From NCBI RefSeq assembly GCF_000023965.1, contig NC_013202.1, positions 1,800,001 to 1,832,000 on the forward strand: 32,000 bases of DNA. Direction: 5' to 3'. The translations under genes and the position numbers were made by a program. Origin of the DNA: Halomicrobium mukohataei DSM 12286. Its GTDB lineage: Archaea > Halobacteriota > Halobacteria > Halobacteriales > Haloarculaceae. Under the pieces are notes generated by a model. That model saw only the letters and a program-made list of their open reading frames with translations, was not told the origin of the DNA and did not search any database. This document shows positions 25,443-32,000 of the stretch, one piece after another; position 1 is the stretch's first letter; every line of letters starts with the position of its first letter.

Positions 25443-25871
25443 ATGTCCGAGCTGCCAGACGACTTTCCCGAGTGGCTCACGGCGGAGCGCCACGCCCACT
25501 ACACCCGGCCGCCGACGCTCGCCTACCAGCTCTCGCGCGCGTACCCGAACATCGATACCGAGTCCGAGCTCTACCGCGCGGCCCACCGGGACATCGTCCG
25601 CCAGCACGAGGCCGGCACGACTCCGGAACAGATCTTCTCGAACTTCCTGTCGATGGTCCGCGACGCCGGTGGCGTGCTGCCGGTCGCGCTGGTCAACCGG
25701 CCCGGCGGCGATCGGCTCGTCGCCGACCCTGGCGGCGACACGCTGCTGGAGTTCGGTCTCGATGACGACGATTTCATGGAGTTTCGGGAGCTCTCTCGGA
25801 ACGATTTCGACGACATGACTCGCGAGGAGCTGATCGATCTCCTCGTCTCGCTTCAAGACGCCGTCGAGTGA
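25443..25871 (+). CDS. Acidic hypothetical protein located between purK and purE
   Basis: 142 aa (MSELPDDFPEWLTAERHAHYTRPPTLAYQLSRAYPNID...). GC3-rich codon usage, and I recognise no motif. The stop overlaps a possible GTG start of purE (GTGA at 25868-25871). Confidence 0.6.
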   Translation: MSELPDDFPEWLTAERHAHYTRPPTLAYQLSRAYPNIDTESELYRAAHRDIVRQHEAGTTPEQIFSNFLSMVRDAGGVLPVALVNRPGGDRLVADPGGDTLLEFGLDDDDFMEFRELSRNDFDDMTREELIDLLVSLQDAVE

Positions 25872-26578
25872 CCGGCGACGGATCGCCCACACTTACGGCC
25901 CAGCGGGACGGAGAGACGATCATGACAGACTCGGAGAGCGTGCAGTCGCTGATCGACCAGCTCCGCGAGGAGGCTGAGATGGACCGCCCGAACGAGGCGA
26001 CCCCCGACGTGGGAATCATCATGGGCTCGGACTCGGACCTGGCGACGATGGCCGGCGGCAAGGGAAAGCGTCCGGGTGCCTACGCTGCTCTCGCGGAGGA
26101 ACTGGGCTTTGCCGAACAGACCGACTTTACCGACGCGCCCGAGGCTCGCTTTACGTTCGAGAGCTTCGTCGTCTCGGCCCACCGGACGCCGGAACTGATG
26201 TACGCCTACGCCGAGACGGCCGAGGCCCGCGGTCTCGATGTCGTCATCGCGGGCGCGGGCGGGAAGAGCGCCGACCTCCCGAACATGACCGCCTCGATCG
26301 CCTACCCGCTGCCGGTGATCGGCGTTCCGGTCCAGGAGAAGTCCGTCGACAGCGTGATCGGGATGCCACAGGGCGCGCCGATCACGGCCGTCGACGCCGG
26401 CAAGTCGTTCAACGCTGCTCTCACCGCGGTTCAGGTCCTCTCGCGGAAACACCCCGAACTTCGCGAGCGCCTGCAGGCGTACCACGACGAGCTACAGAAC
26501 GAGGTCGGTACGGTGTCTCGCGATCTGCACGAACTTGGGACGCCGGAGTTCAAATCGACGTACTGGGACGGGGAGTAG
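25868..26578 (+). CDS. purE: N5-CAIR mutase (PurE), long variant
   Basis: VGIIMGSDSDLATM, VVSAHRTPELM, VVIAGAGGKSADLPNM and LPVIGVPVQ motifs. The start is either GTG 25868 (236 aa) or ATG 25922 (218 aa). Confidence 0.9.
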   Translation: MTGDGSPTLTAQRDGETIMTDSESVQSLIDQLREEAEMDRPNEATPDVGIIMGSDSDLATMAGGKGKRPGAYAALAEELGFAEQTDFTDAPEARFTFESFVVSAHRTPELMYAYAETAEARGLDVVIAGAGGKSADLPNMTASIAYPLPVIGVPVQEKSVDSVIGMPQGAPITAVDAGKSFNAALTAVQVLSRKHPELRERLQAYHDELQNEVGTVSRDLHELGTPEFKSTYWDGE

Positions 26579-26674
26579 CTCGGCTGAGCCGGCTCTCGAC
26601 GCGCTCCGGGCACCGACGCCCGGGCGTGGCTGTCGTAGGCCACTGGAATCCCCGGAAATCACAAGAATCAACCC

Positions 26675-26680
26675 TTATAT
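26675..26680 (+). promoter_or_regulatory. Candidate TATA box of the nuo operon
   Basis: ttatat lies 40-45 nt upstream of the nuoA ATG (26720). An aggag Shine-Dalgarno-like element is at 26707-26711. Confidence 0.3.
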
Positions 26681-26719
26681 GCCAGCGGTCGATAGTCACG
26701 AACGATAGGAGATTCCGGA

Positions 26720-27136
26720 ATGAGTAATCCATGGATTGCGATCGGCGCGCTCGCGCTCGTCGGCGTCCTGATTCCGTTGAGCATGATATCGGTATCGGCG
26801 CTGTTACGACCGAGCGTGCCCGAACAAGGCAAACGCGCCACCTACGAGAGCGGTGAAATTCCGACCGGCAGCAGCCAGCAGATCAGATTCAACATCCAGT
26901 ACTACATGGTCGCGCTGCTGTTCGTCGTCTTCGACATCGAGACCGTCCTCATCTTCCCCTGGACGGTCATCTATCGGGACGCGGTCGGTGCCCTCGGCTA
27001 CGAGCAGGTGCTGTTCCCCATGCTTCTGTTCCTCGGGGTCCTGGTCGCGGGGCTCGCCTGGGCGTGGCGCAACGGCGCTGTACAGTGGGTCAAAAGCCCG
27101 CGGGCAACTCGGCAACTGAGTACGAACAATGAGTAG
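26720..27136 (+). CDS. nuoA: NADH-quinone oxidoreductase-like complex subunit A
   Basis: 138 aa with three TM segments. The motif is YYMVALLFVVFDIETVLIFPW. Confidence 0.9.
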   Translation: MSNPWIAIGALALVGVLIPLSMISVSALLRPSVPEQGKRATYESGEIPTGSSQQIRFNIQYYMVALLFVVFDIETVLIFPWTVIYRDAVGALGYEQVLFPMLLFLGVLVAGLAWAWRNGAVQWVKSPRATRQLSTNNE

Positions 27137-27818
27137 TGACCAACCAACACCCGGCGACGCACAGTCTACACAGGAAGCCCGGATCGGGAGCGGTGCTGAC
27201 GACCGCTTCAACTCCAAGCTTCGGGAGGCGTTCGGCTCGACGCCGTTCATCCTCACGAAGTTCGACAAGTTCATGAACTGGGTGCGCGGCTCCTCGATGT
27301 TCATGCTGCAGTTCGGGATCGCCTGTTGCAGCATCGAGATGATGCACACCTACGCGGTCAAGCACGACCTCGACCGCTTCGGTGCCGGCGTCCCGCGCGC
27401 CTCGCCGCGACAGGCGGACGTGATCATCGTTCCCGGAACGATCGTCTCCAAGTTCGCCCCGCGGATGAAGCGGGTCTACGACCAGATGCCCGAGCCGAAG
27501 TTCGTCGTCTCGATGGGATCGTGTACCATCTCTGGGGGCCCGTTCCAGGAAGGGTACAACGTCATCAAGGGTGCCGAGGAGGTCATCCCGGTGGACATCC
27601 ACGTCCCCGGCTGCCCGCCCCGCCCCGAGGCGCTGATCTACGGCGTCGCGAAACTCCAGGAGCGGATCGCCAACGGCGAGTCCGCGCCGGTCACGGTCAA
27701 GCCGTACGAGCTCGAACAGTTCGGCGACCTCGAACAGGACGAACTCGTCGACAAACTGGCCGCCGAGATCGACGAGGAAGACCTCGTGATGCGGTACAAC
27801 TGGGCTGATTCGCCATGA
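27129..27818 (+). CDS. nuoB: Complex I-like subunit B
   Basis: 229 aa. The N2-cluster cysteines are present in GIACCSIEMM, MGSCTISGGPF and HVPGCPPRPEAL. Confidence 0.95.
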   Translation: MSSDQPTPGDAQSTQEARIGSGADDRFNSKLREAFGSTPFILTKFDKFMNWVRGSSMFMLQFGIACCSIEMMHTYAVKHDLDRFGAGVPRASPRQADVIIVPGTIVSKFAPRMKRVYDQMPEPKFVVSMGSCTISGGPFQEGYNVIKGAEEVIPVDIHVPGCPPRPEALIYGVAKLQERIANGESAPVTVKPYELEQFGDLEQDELVDKLAAEIDEEDLVMRYNWADSP

Positions 27819-27834
27819 CTCGGAGGTGTCTCGC

Positions 27835-29517
27835 ATGAGTCTCGAAGAACCTGAACCGTCGACGCAGCTCGACGTCGGCGTCACGGACGACGGACTGGAT
27901 TACGACCAGATCGAGGCGCTGATCGACGACTACGTCATCGGTCGCGAGAGCCACGTCAACGCCGAGGGGTTCGTCATCCGCCCCGACGACGTGCAGGCCG
28001 TGCTCTCGACCCTGAAGACCGAGGCCGGGTTCGACTTCTGTTCCTGTGTCACCGCACAGGAGTACCAGGACCGCTACGAGTCGATCTACCACCTCAAAAA
28101 GTACGACGACCCGACACAGGAAGTCAGCGTCGTCGTGCCCTCGCCGCGTGACGACCCGCACAACCAGTCCGGTGCCGACGTGTACGAGACCGCCGACTGG
28201 CACGAACGCGAGGCCTACGACCTCGTGGGGATCGAGTACGACGACCATCCGGATCTCCGCCGTATTCTCCTCCCCGAGACCTGGCAGGGCCACCCCCTCT
28301 CGCTGGACTACAACCAGGACAAGCCCCAGATCGTCCCGCTGCGGGAGCACGCGAACCCGCTGCAAGACGACAAGCAGAGCCCGAGCGACCCGGACACGAT
28401 GTTCGTCAACATCGGGCCACACCACCCGGCGACTCACGGTGTGCTCCACATCAAGACCGCACTCGACGGCGAGCAGATCGCCGACCTCGAACCCGACATC
28501 GGCTACCTCCACCGCTGTGAGGAGCAGATGTGCCAGCAGGGGACCTACCGCCACCAGATCATGCCGTACCCGGACCGCTGGGACTACATCTCGGCCGGGC
28601 TGCTCAACGAGTGGGCCTACGCCCGCGCCGCCGAGGACCTGGCGGACATCGACGTGCCCGACTACGCCCAGGTCATCCGAACGATGGGCGCAGAGATGTC
28701 TCGGATCGCCGCACACATGCTCGCGGTGTCGACGTTCGCGCTGGACATCAACGGGGACTTCACCGCGACGTTCATGTACGGTATCCGCGACCGCGAGGTC
28801 GTCCAGAACCTCCTCGAAGACCTGACCGGCCAGCGGCTGATGTTCAACTACTTCCGGCTGGGCGGCGTGGCCTGGGATCTGCCCGAGCCCCGCGAGGAGT
28901 ACTTCGAGAAAGTCCGTGACTTCGTCGACGGCCTCCCGGAGAAACTCACCGAGTATCACGACCTGCTGACGAACAACGAGATTCTCCAGATGCGGACCGT
29001 CGACACGGGGGTCCTGCCGCCGGAAGACGCCAAGAGCTACGGCGCGACGGGCCCGGTCGCACGCGGTTCCGGCATCGACTACGACCTCCGTCGCGACGAC
29101 CCCTACGGCTACTACGACGAACTCGACTGGGATGTCGTCACGGAGGACGGCTGCGACAACTTCTCGCGCCTGCTCGTCCGCATGCGCGAGGTCGAGGAGT
29201 CGGCCAAGATCATCGAGCAGTGTGTCGACCTGCTGGAAGACTGGCCCGAAGACGAGCGCGAGATTCAGGCCAACGTGCCCCGCACGCTGCGTCCGGACCC
29301 CGACCGCGAGATCTACCGTGCGGTCGAGGGCGCGAAAGGCGAGCTGGGGATCTACATCCGCTCGGACGGCACCGACAAGCCGGCGCGGTTCAAGATCCGC
29401 AGCCCGTGTTTCAGCAACCTCCACACGCTGCCGACGATGTCGGAAGGCGAGTACATCCCTGACATGATCGCCTCGCTGGGCAGCCTCGACATCGTGCTCG
29501 GGGAGGTGGACCGGTAA
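27835..29517 (+). CDS. nuoCD: Complex I-like fused subunit C/D
   Basis: The NuoC part contains ADWHEREAYDLVGIEYDDHPDLRRILLP. The NuoD part contains NIGPHHPATHGVLH and ends in LGSLDIVLGEVDR. ATG 27835 is preceded by ggaggtg (27822-27828). The track start is GTG 27826. Confidence 0.95.
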   Translation: MSLEEPEPSTQLDVGVTDDGLDYDQIEALIDDYVIGRESHVNAEGFVIRPDDVQAVLSTLKTEAGFDFCSCVTAQEYQDRYESIYHLKKYDDPTQEVSVVVPSPRDDPHNQSGADVYETADWHEREAYDLVGIEYDDHPDLRRILLPETWQGHPLSLDYNQDKPQIVPLREHANPLQDDKQSPSDPDTMFVNIGPHHPATHGVLHIKTALDGEQIADLEPDIGYLHRCEEQMCQQGTYRHQIMPYPDRWDYISAGLLNEWAYARAAEDLADIDVPDYAQVIRTMGAEMSRIAAHMLAVSTFALDINGDFTATFMYGIRDREVVQNLLEDLTGQRLMFNYFRLGGVAWDLPEPREEYFEKVRDFVDGLPEKLTEYHDLLTNNEILQMRTVDTGVLPPEDAKSYGATGPVARGSGIDYDLRRDDPYGYYDELDWDVVTEDGCDNFSRLLVRMREVEESAKIIEQCVDLLEDWPEDEREIQANVPRTLRPDPDREIYRAVEGAKGELGIYIRSDGTDKPARFKIRSPCFSNLHTLPTMSEGEYIPDMIASLGSLDIVLGEVDR

Positions 29518-30572
29518 TGCAATCCGAGACGCCGCTTCCCGACACGCTCGCGAACCTGCTCGGACTGGACCCGTCGAACCCGCTGGTCCTGTTCGTGATG
29601 GCGGTCGTCGCGTCCGGTGTGATCGCGTCGGGACTGCTCGCCCTGGTCGCCGTCTCGGGGATCTGGGGCAAGCGGAAGATCACGGCAGCGTTCACCGACC
29701 GGATCGCTGTCAACCGACACGGGCCGGCGGGCATCCTGATCATCCCGGCAGACGCGCTCCGGCTCCTCTCGAAGGAACTGATCGTTCCGGAGGGCGTCGA
29801 CCGTCCGGCCTGGGACCTGGGGCCGCTCATCATGGTCTTCTCGGCGCTGGCCGGCTTCGCCGTCATCCCCATGGGGAACGGCATCCAGATCGCCGACCCG
29901 GAGACGGGACTGGCCTACGTGTTCGCGATGGCGTCTGTCGCCTCGCTCGGCCTCGTGATGGCCGGCTACTCGTCGAACAACAAGTACTCGTTCCTCGGGG
30001 GACTGCGCGCGGTCGCACAGAACCTCGCCTACGAGATTCCGCTGATCCTGACGGGGATGTCCGTGGCGCTTTTCGCCGGGACGCTCCGCCTGAGCGAGAT
30101 CGTCGCGGCCCAGAGCACGACGCTGTTCAGCCTCGGCGGCCTCGCGATCCCGTCGTGGTACGCGTTCGTCAACCCCTTCGCGTTCGTGCTGTTCATGGTC
30201 GCGAACCTCGCGGAGGTCGGACGGAACCCGTTCGACATTCCCGAAGCGCCGACCGAGATCGTCGCCGGGTGGCAGACCGAGTACTCCTCGGTGTACTTCG
30301 TGCTCGCGTACCTCTCGGAGTTCATCCACATCTTCCTCGGCGGTGCGATCATCGCGACGATCTTCCTGGGCGGTCCGGCCGGCCCGGTGTTGCCGGGCAT
30401 CGTCTGGTTCCTGATCAAGATCGTCGGGATCTACCTGTTCACTCAGTGGGCGCGTTCCGCGATCCCACGGGTCCGGATCGACCAGCTCATCGAGATCGGC
30501 TGGAAGGGCCTGCTCGTGCTGGCCTTCGCGAACCTGCTCCTGACGGCCGGGATCGTCGGGGTGATCGCCTGA
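29517..30572 (+). CDS. nuoH: Complex I-like subunit H
   Basis: 351 aa, polytopic. The motifs are YSSNNKYSFLGGLRAVAQNLAYEIPL and NPFDIPEAPTEIVAGWQTEYS. The start shares one base with the nuoCD stop (TAATG). Confidence 0.95.
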   Translation: MQSETPLPDTLANLLGLDPSNPLVLFVMAVVASGVIASGLLALVAVSGIWGKRKITAAFTDRIAVNRHGPAGILIIPADALRLLSKELIVPEGVDRPAWDLGPLIMVFSALAGFAVIPMGNGIQIADPETGLAYVFAMASVASLGLVMAGYSSNNKYSFLGGLRAVAQNLAYEIPLILTGMSVALFAGTLRLSEIVAAQSTTLFSLGGLAIPSWYAFVNPFAFVLFMVANLAEVGRNPFDIPEAPTEIVAGWQTEYSSVYFVLAYLSEFIHIFLGGAIIATIFLGGPAGPVLPGIVWFLIKIVGIYLFTQWARSAIPRVRIDQLIEIGWKGLLVLAFANLLLTAGIVGVIA

Positions 30573-30606
30573 TGAACGCGACGACCACAACCCGAGGTGA
30601 CCTGCT

Positions 30607-31068
30607 ATGATCGGAATCCTGAAATCGATGGCAACGACGATGAAGCACGCGCTGGACGGCGAGACCTTCACGGTCTCGTATCCCGAAGAGGTACCCGAAG
30701 TGAGCCCGCGTTTCCGCGGTGTCCACAAGTTCAGCCAGGAGCGGTGTATCTGGTGTCGCCAGTGCGAGAACGTCTGTCCGAACAACACGATCCAGATCGT
30801 CACCGACGACCAGCGCAACGGCGAGCAGTACAACCTCCACATCGGCCAGTGTATCTACTGTCGACTCTGCGAGGAGGTCTGTCCGGTCGACGCCATCCTG
30901 CTGACCCAGAACTTCGAGTTCACGGCCGACACCAAAGACGAGTTCGCCTACAACAAAGAACAGCTGAAGAACGTCCCGTGGTACAAGGACATCGACCCGC
31001 TGCAGTCGCGTGAACCCGACCGCGGCGCGTGGATCGGCGAGGGCGACGGCGAAGTCGACTATCAGTAA
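30607..31068 (+). CDS. nuoI: Complex I-like subunit I (2x[4Fe-4S] ferredoxin)
   Basis: 153 aa. The two cluster motifs are CIWCRQCENVCP and CIYCRLCEEVCP. A gaggtga SD-like element lies upstream. Confidence 0.95.
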   Translation: MIGILKSMATTMKHALDGETFTVSYPEEVPEVSPRFRGVHKFSQERCIWCRQCENVCPNNTIQIVTDDQRNGEQYNLHIGQCIYCRLCEEVCPVDAILLTQNFEFTADTKDEFAYNKEQLKNVPWYKDIDPLQSREPDRGAWIGEGDGEVDYQ

Positions 31069-31078
31069 ACAGTCGTCT

Positions 31079-31133
31079 CCGGCGACCGCGTCGCCGGTTC
31101 ACTCGCTCACGCGAACGCTCGCCGGCTCTTTTT
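31079..31133 (+). terminator. GC hairpin plus T5 tract just downstream of nuoI
   Basis: Perfect 8-bp stem ccggcgac (31079-31086) / gtcgccgg (31090-31097) with loop cgc, 11 nt after the nuoI stop. ttttt is at 31129-31133. Confidence 0.3.
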
Positions 31134-31394
31134 CATACTGCCAGAGAACCCCTTCGAGAGCGACGCGGCCGAACGCGACTCGTGGCGACTCCGTCACTGG
31201 TGCTCGTCGCGCGCGCTGCGCACCGGCCGCGGATTCGGAGAGCCTGGTCGCCGGGCCAGACCACCATTCTGTGGGGCTTTCCCCCTCACTCGGCAACATT
31301 CTCCGGCAATTGCTGTCAGCGAGTGCCAAACCGGCCGTGTTCTGACGAACGGAAAGAGGAATCTTCAAAAGCGCGCCGGCAAGACTGTGCAACA

Positions 31395-31667
31395 ATGATG
31401 GGACTGTACGAGACAATAGCGTTCGTGCTGTTCGCGGTGGTTACCATTGCGAGCAGCTGGGGCGTCGTGCTCGTCCGCGACGTCTGGCACTCGGCGCTGT
31501 TACTGGGCGTGGCGTTACTGAGCGTCGCGGTCCACTACCTCATGCTCAGGGCCGAGTTCGTCGCCGCGATGCAGATCCTCGTCTACGTCGGCGGGGTTCT
31601 GATCCTGATCACGTTCGCGGTGATGCTCACGCGCAAAGACGAGAGCGTCGTCGAGGTGGGGGCATGA
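31395..31667 (+). CDS. nuoJ1: Complex I-like subunit J, N-terminal part
   Basis: 90 aa from ATG 31395: MMGLYETIAFVLFAVVTIASSWGVVLVRDVWHSALLLGVALLSVAVHYLMLRAEFVAAMQILVYVGGVLILITFAVML. This matches the NuoJ N-terminal TM1-3 pattern. The track ORF upstream extension is rejected. Confidence 0.8.
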   Translation: MMGLYETIAFVLFAVVTIASSWGVVLVRDVWHSALLLGVALLSVAVHYLMLRAEFVAAMQILVYVGGVLILITFAVMLTRKDESVVEVGA

Positions 31668-31987
31668 GTCGTCCGCAGCTCCACACCGGAACTTCCCTGT
31701 GGCCCGGGCTGGCGGCGGTCGCGCTCTTTGGCGTTCTCGCGGCCGCGTTCCTCGGGGCGTCGCTGCCGGAGCCCGCCGGCTTCGGGGCCGACGCACAGAT
31801 CGTCAAGAGCATCGGGGCGGCGATGTTCAACATCGACCCGACGGCGATCATGGACGAGGGTGCGGTCCCGAGTGAGGGCTTCCTCGCGTTGTTCCTCATC
31901 ATCGCCGTGGTGCTCGACGCGGCACTCGACGGCGCGCTGATGCTCGCCGAACGCGACGAGGACCACTCCGGTGGTGAGAGCCGATGA
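31664..31987 (+). CDS. nuoJ2: Complex I-like subunit J, C-terminal part
   Basis: 107 aa. ATGA overlap with nuoJ1. It has two hydrophobic segments (LWPGLAAVALFGVLAAAFLG; FLALFLIIAVVLDAALDGALML). From memory, a split nuoJ1/nuoJ2 is the usual annotation in haloarchaea. Confidence 0.7.
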   Translation: MSRPQLHTGTSLWPGLAAVALFGVLAAAFLGASLPEPAGFGADAQIVKSIGAAMFNIDPTAIMDEGAVPSEGFLALFLIIAVVLDAALDGALMLAERDEDHSGGESR

Positions 31988-32000
31988 TCCCCACGCAGTA
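31984..32000 (+). CDS. nuoK: Start of complex I-like subunit K (partial, runs off the window)
   Basis: ATG 31984 overlaps the nuoJ2 stop (ATGA). Only MIPTQ is visible, so the call rests on operon position. Confidence 0.4.

Noticed and set aside
27697-30842. Long antisense ORFs 27697-29424(-) and 29352-30842(-) opposite nuoCD and nuoH
   Set aside because: Wrong-frame composition (Arg/Val/Asp/Gly runs). The sense frames carry unmistakable NuoD and NuoH motifs.
31010-31416. ORFs 31010-31345(+), 31029-31394(+, upstream part of the nuoJ1 track ORF) and 31099-31416(-) in the nuoI-nuoJ1 spacer
   Set aside because: Ser/Arg/Ala/Pro-rich, no start context, no acidic bias. Treated as non-coding spacer.
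1-32000. CRISPR arrays, rRNA genes and tRNA genes
   Set aside because: No regularly spaced direct repeats of 25-40 nt, no T-loop/acceptor-stem patterns and no rRNA-like conserved blocks were seen on either strand.

Overview
High-GC segment encoding very acidic proteins, typical of a haloarchaeal (class Halobacteria) chromosome. Most of it is core metabolism. It carries the glycine cleavage system as gcvT-gcvH and gcvPA-gcvPB, separated by an opposite-strand Tat lipoprotein. Next come a NikR-type regulator and a 1042-aa multi-PAS/GAF histidine kinase that is convergent with a CheY-like receiver. These are followed by two small proteins, one of them a 56-aa zinc ribbon missing from the ORF track. 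Further on are a PduO-type corrinoid adenosyltransferase, an acidic HEAT-repeat protein and a secreted lamin-tail-domain + PLD (2x HKD) phosphodiesterase. Then come an S1/OB/DHH RecJ-like protein, a JAMM/MPN+ metalloprotease overlapping archaeal FAD synthetase RibL, a class-I aminotransferase, RibH and a GT-C-fold membrane protein. The window ends with purK - orphan gene - purE and the start of a complex-I-like nuo operon (nuoA-B-CD-H-I, spacer, nuoJ1-J2-K, no nuoEFG). Three visibly AT-richer islets (1-1300, about 11170-12700, about 19305-20350) hold IS remnants and orphan secreted or membrane proteins with atypical codon usage. One remnant is an ISH3/IS4-like frameshifted transposase; the other is an IS6-like N-terminal fragment with a recognisable terminal inverted repeat. 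I recognised no rRNA, tRNA or CRISPR array. I cannot support a clear multi-gene defence system or any other obviously novel system. The most checkable oddities are the orphan gene wedged between purK and purE, the RecJ-like/JAMM/RibL neighbourhood, the two low-GC islets, the 326-nt structured spacer inside the nuo operon, and the structured leader and shared motif at the gcv promoters. All functional calls rest on motif recognition by eye and were not confirmed by database searches.
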